IMG/VR virus record: IMGVR_UViG_3300046331_000190
From: an uncultured virus (IMG/VR IMGVR_UViG_3300046331_000190)
Taxonomy: Duplodnaviria > Heunggongvirae > Uroviricota > Caudoviricetes
Strand: one strand, 5' to 3'
Length of the DNA: 64,000 bases
A program made the translations under genes and the position numbers. The notes beneath the pieces are model-generated. The model did no database searches and was not told where the DNA came from. It saw only the letters and a list, made by a program, of their open reading frames with translations. Shown piece after piece: positions 37,651 to 49,700 of the stretch (positions are counted from its first letter, which is position 1; the number at the start of each line of letters is the position of its first letter).

Positions 37651-38043
37651 ATGACAAAAGTAAGTATCGATTTTGATGGTACACTCAGTCAACCACACGT
37701 CCAGGAGTTTGCAAAAGAGCTCCTGGATGCTGGTATTGATGTATGGGTAGTAACAACACGTTATGACGAGAATCACTTGCATAAGTACGCAATGGATTAT
37801 CCACCAACGTTAGATGATTTATGGGAAGTAGTTGAAAGACTAGGAATCCCAAGATGGAAGGTAAGATTTACCAACATGGAATGGAAGTATACCTATCTAT
37901 GTGACACTGAGTTTGTCTGGCACTTGGACGATAATGACCACGAGATTCGTAGGGCTCTTTATAATAAGTGTGGAGTAAGAATGATACAAGTTAATACTGA
38001 TGATTTTAAAAGCAAATGTTTACATATAATCCAATCATTATGA
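37651..38043 (+). CDS. HAD-superfamily phosphatase
   Basis: SIDFDGTL, VVTTR and HLDD motifs; likely start ATG 37651. Confidence 0.75.
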   Translation: MTKVSIDFDGTLSQPHVQEFAKELLDAGIDVWVVTTRYDENHLHKYAMDYPPTLDDLWEVVERLGIPRWKVRFTNMEWKYTYLCDTEFVWHLDDNDHEIRRALYNKCGVRMIQVNTDDFKSKCLHIIQSL

Positions 38044-38471
38044 AAGTAAAAGTAAAAAAGCTGCATGCTGATGCAGTAGCCCCTAAGTTTGGTAAGCCTG
38101 GTGACGCAGGTGCAGATCTTGTAGCTACATCAGTTGACGCATCTAGTAGAGAAGGTCAAATAGTATATGGTACAGGACTTGCTGTAGAAATACCAGAAGG
38201 AATGGTGGGACTTGTGTTCCCACGTTCCTCTGTACGTAATTATGATCTTGTATTAAGTAACTGTGTAGGAGTTATCGATAGTGGCTATCGTGGAGAAATT
38301 ATGGCTACATTTAACTTAAAGAATCCATGGTCACCTGATCTTGTTTACAAAATAGGTGATCGCATTGCTCAGTTGATTATCATGCCTGTACCATTAGTTG
38401 AGTTTATGGTTGTTGATGAGTTATCAGAAACTGAACGCGGAACTGGCGGACACGGTTCAACAGGAAAATGA
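38040..38471 (+). CDS. dut: Trimeric dUTPase
   Basis: AGADL, PRSS, GVIDSGYRGE, DRIAQ and RGTGGHGSTG motifs. Confidence 0.95.
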   Translation: MKVKVKKLHADAVAPKFGKPGDAGADLVATSVDASSREGQIVYGTGLAVEIPEGMVGLVFPRSSVRNYDLVLSNCVGVIDSGYRGEIMATFNLKNPWSPDLVYKIGDRIAQLIIMPVPLVEFMVVDELSETERGTGGHGSTGK

Positions 38472-38911
38472 CACAACTAAAGACTTGCTTATATCTTGAT
38501 GATGTACGTACTCCATTAGAAGATAAACCTGGATATCATCCCTGGGTTGTTGTTAGAAATTATGATCAGTTTGTTGAATACATAACTCAGCATGGTATAC
38601 CTGACTTTATATCGTTTGACCATGACTTAGGTAAAGAACATACTAATGATTACTTTGCTCAAGTATTAGCTCAGGGTTTCCAAGATCCTAAGTACGATGA
38701 CTATAAAGAAAAGACTGGTCTACACTGTGCTATGTGGTTAACAGAATATTGTATGGATAATAATGTCGCTCCAAAGACATGTGCTGTTCATAGTCATAAT
38801 CCTGTAGGGTCTAATAACATTCAGAGTTGTATTAATAGTTTTAAGAAACACCTTGGGCTTACTCAAGACTGTTATCTTGGAAGAATACCCTTTAAAGTAA
38901 CTGAAGAATGA
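38468..38911 (+). CDS. Cyclic-phosphate-processing receiver-like protein
   Basis: LYLDDVRTP, ISFDHDLG, TG and VHSHNPVG motifs. Confidence 0.7.
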   Translation: MTQLKTCLYLDDVRTPLEDKPGYHPWVVVRNYDQFVEYITQHGIPDFISFDHDLGKEHTNDYFAQVLAQGFQDPKYDDYKEKTGLHCAMWLTEYCMDNNVAPKTCAVHSHNPVGSNNIQSCINSFKKHLGLTQDCYLGRIPFKVTEE

Positions 38912-39624
38912 AACAGAATCTAATTGGCATCTCTGGCAAGATTTTCTCAGGGAAAGATACAGTTGGTAAGATCATACAGTATTTAAGTTCTGAAGCATCT
39001 CAGCAAAGGAATAGAACGTATGAAGAGTTTCTTAGAGGACATAGTAATCCAGATGCTTATGGTTATTACTATCACTCTGATTGGGAGATAAAGAAGTTTG
39101 CTGGTAAACTAAAGGAAGTAGCTAGTTTACTTACGGGTATTAGGGTACATGACTTTGAAGACCAGGAGTTTAAGAAAACTGAGTTAGGTCCTGAGTGGAA
39201 TCAGACAAGACTTTATAATAGTGATGCTCCGTGGATGACAGGTAATGAAACATACGAAGTACCTTTAACAGTAAGAGAGCTCTTACAAAAAGTAGGTACT
39301 GAGTGTATGAGAGATTGTTTACATGAGAACGTATGGGTAAACGCTCTGTTTGCTGACTACGAGTGTACTCACTCAGATCATTCCCCACATGGATTTGACT
39401 GTTCTCAATGGCTTATTACTGATACACGTTTTCCTAATGAAGCACAAGCTATAAAAAGCAAAGGGGGGATTATAGTTAAAGTAACTAGACCAGGAGAACA
39501 GAAAGGTACTCACCCTAGTGAGATTGCCCTTGACGATTGGGACTTTGATGTTGTTATAGAGAACAACGGATCCATAGAAGATCTAATAGAAAAAGTTAAG
39601 ATACAGTTAGGAGATATGCTATAA
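38908..39624 (+). CDS. Deoxynucleoside monophosphate kinase
   Basis: GISGKIFSGKDT, FAGKLK, RELLQKVGTE, ITDTRFPNE and HPSE motifs. Confidence 0.88.
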   Translation: MKQNLIGISGKIFSGKDTVGKIIQYLSSEASQQRNRTYEEFLRGHSNPDAYGYYYHSDWEIKKFAGKLKEVASLLTGIRVHDFEDQEFKKTELGPEWNQTRLYNSDAPWMTGNETYEVPLTVRELLQKVGTECMRDCLHENVWVNALFADYECTHSDHSPHGFDCSQWLITDTRFPNEAQAIKSKGGIIVKVTRPGEQKGTHPSEIALDDWDFDVVIENNGSIEDLIEKVKIQLGDML

Positions 39625-39629
39625 TTAAG

Positions 39630-39637
39630 TATCTTTG
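39630..39637 (+). promoter_or_regulatory. Bacteroidota -7 promoter box
   Basis: TATCTTTG; degenerate TTAG 19 nt upstream. Confidence 0.5.
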
Positions 39638-39667
39638 TATCACTTGTATGTTATTGTGTAGTTCGGT

Positions 39668-39709
39668 TGCTGCCTACCTTCCAAACGGAAAAAGGCAGCA
39701 TTTTTTTTT
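39668..39709 (+). terminator. Intrinsic terminator with internal loop
   Basis: TGCTGCCT..TTCC-AAAC-GGAA..AGGCAGCA followed by T9. Confidence 0.85.
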
Positions 39710-39727
39710 CACTTAAACTAACAATCA

Positions 39728-39934
39728 ATGTTTGCAAGTATAGAACTATCAGTACAAGACCTAGCAGACTTTACGTTTGAACTAGGCGTAACTCTTAATA
39801 AATATCTTGAATCAACAGCTGATCATCAATGGACAAGAAAAGAGCTATCATTTGGCTTCTTATTGTTCTCTATAAAACTGAACTGGCTGTTTGATCTAGA
39901 ACCATATCAAGGAGAACAAGATGAAGAAGAATAA
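39728..39934 (+). CDS. Small hypothetical protein
   Basis: 68 aa; A/C-rich leader; followed by a terminator. Confidence 0.55.
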   Translation: MFASIELSVQDLADFTFELGVTLNKYLESTADHQWTRKELSFGFLLFSIKLNWLFDLEPYQGEQDEEE

Positions 39935-39963
39935 AAAAGGGGCCCTTAAAGCCCCTCTTTTTT
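39933..39963. terminator. Bidirectional terminator at the convergence of the replication and cargo blocks
   Basis: AAAAAAGGGGC-CCTTAAA-GCCCCTCTTTTTT. Confidence 0.75.
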
Positions 39964-42900
39964 TATCTAACGTTACCCATTCGACCTGAGTAGTAAATCA
40001 CACGGTTAACGTTATTAACCCAAGGAAGAGACTTACTAATCTTTAGTAGAGTTCTTTCACCATCGTATTCTAATGTACCTTCTTCATCTGTCTTTTCAAC
40101 ACGAGCAAGATAGTATGTTGTTGCTACAATAGCATCTCTTGTCTGATTAAGCGTTGCTGTTATTGGTACAGCATTCTGTAATAATTCAGAGAAAGAGAAC
40201 GGGTTAATATAATATGTTAAATCACGATTCAATAGAGTAAGCTGATTAAGTAATATGTTTGCATACTTCTTATCTTCATCATCCTCATCATCACCTCCAA
40301 TAGCAAGTTTTAATGCTAAATAAGTCGCTGCTAGTACTACAATAGCTGCAAGCTCCATCATCATCTTTCTGATATTCGCAACCTGCATCTTATCTAATCC
40401 TTCAACCTCTCCTTTTGTTATAGCATCAATGATCTCTGATATTGATTCCTTTATTCTTAGACCATCATCGTTTATGAAGTTACCAAAGAATGTTTTATAG
40501 TATCCCTCTGTATCTCTCTCTAGTATAGGATCGTGACGCTTAGTCTCAAAACGAGTAGCTAATGTTTCAGGTAACCATGATCTAAAGACAAATAGTATAC
40601 GACCAATGATATTATCCTTACCAGCTAATGACTGAACATCACCAGAGAAACCATGAAGCTTCTTGGAGATCTGATTAATCTTCATCATTGACTTATCGTA
40701 TACTTCATCAAAAGTTTTACCACCATTCGCCTCCATATCCCACTCACCAAACTTCTCAGTGTCTATATTAAGATCTTTATCCATGATCTCAAATAGATTA
40801 AACTCTCCCTTTGTTGTCTTGACTTTTGTGTTTAACAACATAGCAATAGCTGTCTGAGATCTAAAGAAGTAATCAGTTGACTTCATTAAACCAAATGGAC
40901 TAGGGATAGCACTCTTGATAGTATCAAGCATGCTTCTACCGTTTAATCCTTTTATTGCATGAGCAAAGGTATTATCTTCTCCTTCAATAGTTTTAGTATC
41001 AAGCATCATACGTAAGATCTTTTCAGATTGCTCTGACTCAACCGTTCCCCATGATATATACTTAGCAACAGATGTTTTTAATATTGAAGTTGCTTTTCTT
41101 AACTGTGCTGAATCAAAGTCTTCTTTACCATAAGCATGTATCTGGTTATTGACACCACCAACAGCTAAGTTTCGAACAGCTGAGAATGGGTTTAATGCAA
41201 TACCTTTCTCTCTTGTGAACTTATTAAATGCATCAAAGAAGCTACTAATACTTAAGTTTCTACCACCAAGTTCATAATAAGCATCTGTCTTTTCTGTTAT
41301 CTGACGTTCAATACTTTTACGCTCAGCAGTTGTTAACGAGCGATTGTTCTCTAACTCTTGTGATAATGCTTCAAGTTCTTTCTCAAGAGCTTTTGCTTGC
41401 TTGTATTTCTCAGACTTATATGTTCCAAGTGTTAATAGCTCAAGTGAGTTGTAGAAAGGTCTGTCCATTACTCCTTCTGCTTCAGGAGTTATTCTATAGA
41501 ATGATCTTAGTACAGTACTTTGAACCATCTCTTGCAAGACTTTTGGAGCCTCACTAACAACAACATCTCCTTTTAAACGTACATTCTTTGTTGAAGAAGT
41601 AGCTCCTTGAACAATATTATTGATCGTATCAATAGTATCTTGAACCTCAATCTTATGTTTATAGATAAGAGCCATGTCACTGAACAGCTTTGCAATAAGA
41701 TTTAAGTCCGTACTGCGTTGTTCAACTGGAACATTCTCGTTTATAAAACGTGGCGTGAAACCATAACGTGTTACGCCGCTAATAGGATCAGCTTTACCAG
41801 CTGTCTTGTAATCGATTGTAGTTAAGTTTTTAAAGAACCACTCATCGATACCTTTCATCCCTTCTTTAAGACCAGACAAACCATACTCTTTGCTTAATCT
41901 CTCTGTTACAACAGGTAAGAAGTTAGACTGCAAAGAGTCAATCTCATCTTGTGGAAGATAAGACAACTGCTGCTTCATAAAGTCACGGAAGAAAACATAG
42001 AACTCATATAAGTCTTTATCTGCTGCAATCTTAGCAAAATCTTGGTCATAGTAGTTACTATTAGCACCATTAACTATCTTACGTGGGATCTTAATAGAGT
42101 ACTTACTACCCTTCGTTACAGTTGATCGATCAAACTTTAGCGTACCATTAATCAAAGCATTGTATGCTAACGGATCATTGATCTTTTTCCACTCTTCAAC
42201 TTGCTTCTCTATATACTCTTCATCAGTACCATCTTCTGGTTGTAATACAACAACACCTTTTATGATATCATCTTGCAAACTAATAGAGAATGTTTCTGCA
42301 TCAGTAACATACTGAGAGTAACGTGCTCGTGCTTGTTTAACAAAGTCATTTATCTCTTCTGCAGTAAAGCCTTGATTCTTAAGATCGTTTATTACATTAA
42401 GTCTTTGCTCATCAGTAAAAGCACTTGTATTAATAAAAGGAGCTGAGTTAAAAGCAATTGTGTGTTCTTTAACCCACTGGTTATGCTCAGCCCATACAGC
42501 AGCAACAACTTCTTTGTTATCTTTTGCTGTATCAAGATTCTCTTTTAACTGGCGGTATCTTCTTTTTATAGACTCATACCACTCCTGAGAGAAACGACCT
42601 TTAAACCCAAGAGTCTTAATAGGTTCACCAAAAGGATTCTTAGTCTCTTGCTGCTTAATAAACAGATCAAACCCGTTCTCTTTGAACAAAGGATTATCCA
42701 TGATCTTTGCAGTTGCTTCGTCAATCTTTTTGTGGTTACGGTTATGCTCTTTTTCAATACGCATATTAACCTCAGTAATCAACTTAGCTAGGTATCCAAC
42801 AAGCTTGTTATCAACAGTTGTGATATCACGAGCTTTTGCTTTCCAATAGCTGACATCTTTCATTGCTTCGATGTCTTTTATTGTAACCTCTTGACCTTCA

Positions 42901-43784
42901 CCAACATTTTTGTTGATTGCTTTTAGTATCTCGTTCTTTGCAAAGTAAGCAATACGATTGTTAAAAGACTGAGCTGCATCATTAATCTCTATTAAAGTAT
43001 CTCTAGTAGTAAAAGTACCATCTGAATCAGCAGGTACTTCCATGATGTTTGGAATATTAAACAAACGCTCCATGTTTGTCCAGGTCTTTATAATATCATC
43101 AGCAAGTAATAACTCACTTAATGATACAACAGAACCGGACAACATCTCTTTTATTGTTTGGATATCAGCTAGACCTTGAGCAACAACAATCTTAATGCTG
43201 TTCTCTTTTTGTAATGTATCTATCTGAGTCTCAAGACGTTTGATCAAAGCATTATAATACTTTTCACGCTCAATCTTCTGCTCTTTTGAATACTCTTTGT
43301 TTAGCTTAGCTCTTTCTCTTGCATCAACATGTTGCTTGATACGATCTTTTAACTCATCACGCATCAACTTAACTGTTGGAAGCAATCCTTTTATAGACTT
43401 AACTCTTCGTGAAGATAACTTAACATCTAATGGATGAGTGAACTCAATAAAGTCAAAGATAGAACGAGTAAGTCCATCCTTTGTAATAGTATAATCAGCA
43501 TTAATCTTTGGCTCTTCTACCCACTGACCATACCATGACTGGAACTTTGGTGTGTACAACGTAAGATAAATACCTAAAGCTTGCTCACTAGGATCAGTAG
43601 TATTCTTTATGTACTTACCTACATGCTTTTGCAACGAAGCATTGATGTTTCCACCATGCTCCGCTGGAAGACCTTTAGTCTCAATCCCAGATAATATATC
43701 GTAATAAGCAGTTGATACTATCTTACCATCAGGTAGACGCACATCTGTGATTAAGTTATTCTTTCTTTTAATAAGGCAAGCCAT
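39963..43784 (-). CDS. Giant virion cargo/ejection protein (1273 aa)
   Basis: Adjacent to the vRNAP; helical; C-terminal hydrophobic segment ELAAIVVLAATYLALKLAIGG; single Cys at position 3. Confidence 0.7.
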   Translation of the reverse strand: MACLIKRKNNLITDVRLPDGKIVSTAYYDILSGIETKGLPAEHGGNINASLQKHVGKYIKNTTDPSEQALGIYLTLYTPKFQSWYGQWVEEPKINADYTITKDGLTRSIFDFIEFTHPLDVKLSSRRVKSIKGLLPTVKLMRDELKDRIKQHVDARERAKLNKEYSKEQKIEREKYYNALIKRLETQIDTLQKENSIKIVVAQGLADIQTIKEMLSGSVVSLSELLLADDIIKTWTNMERLFNIPNIMEVPADSDGTFTTRDTLIEINDAAQSFNNRIAYFAKNEILKAINKNVGEGQEVTIKDIEAMKDVSYWKAKARDITTVDNKLVGYLAKLITEVNMRIEKEHNRNHKKIDEATAKIMDNPLFKENGFDLFIKQQETKNPFGEPIKTLGFKGRFSQEWYESIKRRYRQLKENLDTAKDNKEVVAAVWAEHNQWVKEHTIAFNSAPFINTSAFTDEQRLNVINDLKNQGFTAEEINDFVKQARARYSQYVTDAETFSISLQDDIIKGVVVLQPEDGTDEEYIEKQVEEWKKINDPLAYNALINGTLKFDRSTVTKGSKYSIKIPRKIVNGANSNYYDQDFAKIAADKDLYEFYVFFRDFMKQQLSYLPQDEIDSLQSNFLPVVTERLSKEYGLSGLKEGMKGIDEWFFKNLTTIDYKTAGKADPISGVTRYGFTPRFINENVPVEQRSTDLNLIAKLFSDMALIYKHKIEVQDTIDTINNIVQGATSSTKNVRLKGDVVVSEAPKVLQEMVQSTVLRSFYRITPEAEGVMDRPFYNSLELLTLGTYKSEKYKQAKALEKELEALSQELENNRSLTTAERKSIERQITEKTDAYYELGGRNLSISSFFDAFNKFTREKGIALNPFSAVRNLAVGGVNNQIHAYGKEDFDSAQLRKATSILKTSVAKYISWGTVESEQSEKILRMMLDTKTIEGEDNTFAHAIKGLNGRSMLDTIKSAIPSPFGLMKSTDYFFRSQTAIAMLLNTKVKTTKGEFNLFEIMDKDLNIDTEKFGEWDMEANGGKTFDEVYDKSMMKINQISKKLHGFSGDVQSLAGKDNIIGRILFVFRSWLPETLATRFETKRHDPILERDTEGYYKTFFGNFINDDGLRIKESISEIIDAITKGEVEGLDKMQVANIRKMMMELAAIVVLAATYLALKLAIGGDDEDDEDKKYANILLNQLTLLNRDLTYYINPFSFSELLQNAVPITATLNQTRDAIVATTYYLARVEKTDEEGTLEYDGERTLLKISKSLPWVNNVNRVIYYSGRMGNVR

Positions 43785-43786
43785 AC

Positions 43787-46700
43787 TTATTTACATTGAT
43801 TGTTTAAAGAGTAGTCACTAAGATTATCTGTCGCTGCACTAAACAAGGTTGTTTGACCTGTAGTATCTGTACTGTCTTCAGTCTTTGTATCAACAACACT
43901 AAGCAAGTTAGTAATATTTTTTATACCTTGATCTAATACTGAGTCAGTTTTTACATCCATGCCTAATGCTTTTGTTAAAGCTTGAAGTAAACGCTTTAAT
44001 ATGTCAGCAAACTTAGATGTTACAGTCTTCTTTGATGAGTCAACAGAAACTCCATTCATAAACTCCTGGAACTTCTTATCAGTCATTAACATACTAACAA
44101 ACTCATGTTCGCTTGTTAAGCCGTAGTACATGCTCTTTTCCTCTTCTGTAAGAGTGTTAGCATCACTATCTTCAAACACAGAGTTGGAAACTTTTGCAAT
44201 AACTGCTTTTAGTTTTTCAGCATGCTCTGGATTTGATAATAAAGACTCTCTTGTTAATAGATATAACTGCTTAATAGAAGCTGCATACATACGCTCTTCT
44301 TTAATCTTATAAGCAGAAGCCTTACCACTTAACTTGAACAATGACTGAGCAGTATATCCATGTAATAACTCATGAACAATAGCATCCTCAAGATTTTCAC
44401 TTCTTGACTTAGCACTGTTACTCTGTAATACAATATCAGGATTAATTACTATCTGATTAGTTACTGTATTGTATATCGCAGGATCAGCAATAGTCTTTGA
44501 TAATACAACTGATATCTTATTCACATCACCAGTAAACTTAAGTGAGTCAATCAATACTTTGTAGAACTCATTAGATGTATTAGCTCTTACCTTTGTTAGA
44601 ACAGAAGCAAGTGTATTAACACCTTCAGCATCAGGAATATAATCTTCTATTACAGAAGTATCAGATGCTATTGGAGATCCGTTAGAAGCATTTGTATCTT
44701 CACCACTTAAGAATATCTCAGGATCAGAAGGCATATCAGCAAAACTAAACAAGTCCATACTAGCAACTACAACATCATCATCCATCTGAGGCATGAATGT
44801 ATCCTCAGCAAATAAATCAGCAGGCTCTTGTGTAGGAATAGCTTCTCCGTATTCTAGCTTAATATTATTAAACTGACCAATCTCAGATGCTTTATATCCT
44901 TTTGCTTCAAGATAGTTCTTTACAAGAGTATTGATGCCTTCTGCTTTGCTGTATAATACAACAGATGCTTTTGCTTTTATAATACTCTCAAGCTTTGGAA
45001 CATATAAATCCTCAAACATTGGAGATAACTTATCAATAGCTTCGTTTCTTGTAATATGGTTAAGCTTAGCATCAGGTGATAACACCTCAATGAATCGCTC
45101 ACCAGATACAAGAACTACATCTCTATCAGTATACTCACCTGTATTAATGTTTCCTTTATAACGTGATGATAAAATATTATGCTTGTTACTAGGATTGTTA
45201 GTATCATAAGGGAATGATACTGCCGTAGTTGCATAATTAGATAACTCAATCTCATCAACAACAAGACTAGTATTACCTGCAAACCCAATAAATGGATTAG
45301 TATCAGATGTAATAATCTTCTCAAGCTTCTGACTTGGTAACAAGTTACTAAAGTCAACAGAACGCATTGTTGCTGGATTAACACCTAACTGATATTCATA
45401 TGCTGAGTTGTTTCCTAGTGTTTGTATTCTCTTGTATGAGTTTTCACCAATACGTTTAAACAATACTATTTGACTATTAACATAGTAACGCAAGAACTTA
45501 GGGAATGTTGGTACTGTATTCTTATAACCTTCAAGCGACTGGAAAGAACTGTTTATAAGCAAATGAGTCATGTTCTTTGGTAAAGTATAAATACTTTCTC
45601 CTCTTGAATCTTTTGCTACAGTATTTGTATTTGTTAACGCTTTATATGCATCCTTATCAATATAAGAAGCCATATCAGGATTATTCATGATATACTGCTC
45701 ATAGAAGTTATCAACGTTTTGTCTAAACGTATCATAGAACTTACCAATGAAATCTGTGTGTTGCTTATTAAGCAATCTTACTTCAATAGGAATGTATCTA
45801 AAGAACGAAGCTTTATCTGCAACAGATCCACTAACAAACGCATACTTGATTAAGTCTTTACCAATACTTGCTATCTCAGGATCTTCGTTTAGCATTAAGT
45901 CTAAGAAGCCTTTATTGTTTGCAAGCTCGTCAATGTCTTGACTAAATGGAGACTTATACTCTACTGATTTAATGCTTAGTCTTGTTTTACCTATTGGTAT
46001 AACGGGTTTTAATCTAGCAAAGAAGTAGTTGTTTCTTAACTCTGGATACTTGATGTTTAATGCAAGAATACGCTCAGCTAAAGAAGGATTTTGTTCTGTA
46101 CCAACAAGAAGTCTATATCTTTCTTCTTCCATATCACCAGTAATAAAACCAGCTTCTGGGCTACTGTAGATATATGCTTTCAAGTTGCTAAGAACATCTT
46201 CAGCTAAAGCATTGAACTTAATTCGACCATAGTTGTCAATACCGCCCTTACCCTTGTTCTTTTGAGTAACAATCTCTTCTAGTAAGTTCTGGAATACTGT
46301 ATCAAAGTGAATAGGTGATACCTTACTTAATACTTTGTATGCTAAGAAGATACTATTCTTAACAGCATGACCAGTCTGAGTAGTTGGTGTAAAGTCAACA
46401 CTCTCACTAATTGGATCAGTCTCAAACTTACCAAAGATAGCATCAATGTTTAATAGTCTATCAACTACTACAGGATCTCCTTTTAATGGCTTAATAACAA
46501 CAGGTAAACCTTCACCATATTGAGTATCAGCAGCTTTTGCAATACTCTGGAACTTACGATACTTACTTAGTAAAGTAAACAAGTTAGATCCAACACCTTG
46601 ACTAATAACATTACTGTTATTTAGTAATGTTGATTGAGGAGTACCGTAAGCATGTAATGTCTCATAGTAAGTAAGAATAGATAACTGCTTCATGATAAAC

Positions 46701-49700
46701 TCATCAAGTACTTTTCTATCTTCTGGCTTAAAGTTGATATCCGCTGGAGAATAAGCAAGCATAAGTTGATTCAACTTAGGTCGCAATACTACTTCTTCTT
46801 TTAAAAGATCAAGAAGCTCTTTTGGATTAAGTACTGGCATAGCACCAATATTATCTTCTGTTGCAAGCTCTCTAGCATTTGCACTTAGCAGATTAATAAA
46901 CTGCATCTTAACATCTGCAATAATCTCAGATGTATACTTCTTCTGTCCACCAGCAAAACTATCTTTTGATATCTCTTCTTGTTCATTAAGATACTTAACA
47001 ATAAACTGAGGGAAGAAACGTGTTACGTAACGTAAGTCAGCAATCTCACCACTGTTAGAACTTAATGACATAAGTAACTTAGCTGGTGCCATTGATGCAC
47101 TATTCAAGTTAAATACGTTAAGGTTCTTATTCTTTGCGTTGTCTAATGATTCGTTAAGAGTAGCAGAAGCATTCTGAGTCTTTGATCTTGTTAATGTCTT
47201 ACCCGTAGCATCGCTCTTAAATGTAGTATTACCTTCTGCAGTTAGATAGCTAAGATTTACAATCTCACCGCTATCTTTCTTAATGTTAATACCAGCAGAA
47301 AAACCAACAGTCTTTTTGTCTTGATGTTCAGCAAGGAATGATAATAGCTGAGCAAAGATACCTGTACCTAGTTTACCACTTCTATTATCTAAGAACGTAT
47401 TGATCTGAGTATTGTAATCAAACGGTAAGAAGTTAACTGGTAATGTTGCAATACCTTCTTTATAGAATAACTCTTTCTCATCGTTGTAGTCAGACAAGTC
47501 GATTGATGACGTAATCTTATCAAATGTTGTTGGGTGAGTAAGTACTGACCAGTGTATATCTTTATACATCTCAAACAACTGCTCTTCTGATAAAGACTTT
47601 GGATCAAAGTTTTTAAAATCGCTAATAGACGACTCGTAAGCAACTGGCTCAACAGATTCGATCTGTGACTTCTGTGCTTTTATCTTATCGTTTATAGCAG
47701 TTAGCTCAGCAGCTCTCTGACTCTTAATCTTATACTTTGTTTGATTAAGCTTCTTACGCTCAACACCATTAGCTACTTCATCATAGATTGAAGATCTCTT
47801 CTCATATAAACCATCAAGAATACGTTGCTTTTGCTCACGCTCTTTCTCACCTAGATTCTTATAACCTAAGCGAGTTCTATACTTCTCAATGCTTTCGTTA
47901 AGCTTTGCAATCTCAAACTGTTGTTCGCTGTTAAGTAACTTTGCTAAATCAATATCTGCTTTTTCTAACTGTTCTTTGTACTTATCTTTTATAGCTTCTT
48001 TCTCTTTTGTAAGTTCATCTATTAACTTAGATGCAGAATTCTTGTAAGTATACTTAGGATTAGATAAATAAGCATATAACTTATCAACGTCAAAGTCAGA
48101 ACCCATCTGTGCTGTAATACCATCAGGAACAATAATAGTGTTCTCCATATATGATGGTAAGAAACCAGCAACTTCAATAGGAAGCATTGATGAGTGCAAC
48201 TGATTTGGAATACGTGCACCAATAAGTTGTAATAACTTTCTTGGAATGCGTGTACTGTCAAGAATCAATCTACCGTTCTCATCTTTTGTAGCAAAGTCTT
48301 TTATGTTTATAAGCTTTCCGTTCTCATCCTTTAAGAACTGAGACATAAATACTTGTGCTGCTTGCACCTCACCTTTCTTTACCTTCCCGCCTTTAGATAC
48401 AGCATCAGCTTCTTTTCTGATATACTGTAATCCTTTTGAGGCATCATACACTTCTGTATAAACAATCTCACTCTTTAACTTATCAGATAACTCACCCTCT
48501 TTAATCTTTGTACCAACTGCAGATACTTGTACTAATGATGTACCAGTAAGCTTTAGCTTAACTACTTTACTAAAGATAGATGTAAGCAATCCTTCAAACT
48601 TAGAGCTATTTGATAATAAATATACTGGTATAACTAACTTACCGTCTTTGTTTGTTGCAATAGAACGAATATCGTTTATGCTTAAGTTACGAGAAATAGC
48701 TTCTTCTTTTAATAAGTTAGCTAGGCTTCTCTCGCTCTTGAATGAAACATACTCATCGGTTATTGAAACACCCATTCTATCAAGAAGCTCTTCAGCATTT
48801 CCTTCAAATAAAGCAATACGAATCTGCTCTTTCAATCCTTTTAACTGAGCTGCCGTAAGCTTCTTGCCTGCAAACATAAAGTCAAGAACGCTATCAAGAC
48901 CTTCAAATAACTGACGGTCCATCTGACTAACAACGTTAATCATCTCTTTTTGGTGAGGAATCTCTTGTTGTGTACGAAGACCTTCTCTTGAAAGAGTCTG
49001 CACGTTAGAAGAGAGCTCAGCTTCAGATGGCTCAATAAAGTTACCGTTATCATCAAACACTTCTAATGTTGATATAGGTGCACCTGTTTTTGTTGCAGTT
49101 TTAAATGCAGCAGAACCGACGTTGTTTTTCTCCATGAACACACGAAGCTTGTCCATCTCTGAATCGCGCGTGTTATCTGGAATAAGAGGATATGCTGAAG
49201 ACTTAACGTAGTTAATCTCATTAAACCCATCGGTCTCAGAGTTAGAAGAATGTACTGGCTTTGTTGGCTGCAATACAAACCCTAACTCGATATCTGATAA
49301 AGAGTAATCAAAGGTTTTCTTCTTACGAGCTTGTGCTATCTTATCAGAAATACTCTCATAAATATCTAAAGGGATTCTGCCCTCAGACATCATACGATTA
49401 ATATGCTCTTGTAATGTAACAAACTCCTGAGCATCCGTTGTTTCAATCTTGCTGAACTGATCGTTAGACTTAATCACGTCTTTTAACGTAATCATCTTGT
49501 ATAAAGATACATCAACAATCTTTCCCTTTGTGCTTTGCCAAGTTGTAGTACCCTGAGAACCAGGAGCAATAAACATAGCAGCACGTTTTGAGAACTCATC
49601 AACTGTACTTAGTACTGTACCATTAAGAACATCGTTTATAATATTACGTTTGCTCTGCTCTTCTGGTGTCATCTCAGTTGATACATTGTATGACAATAAC

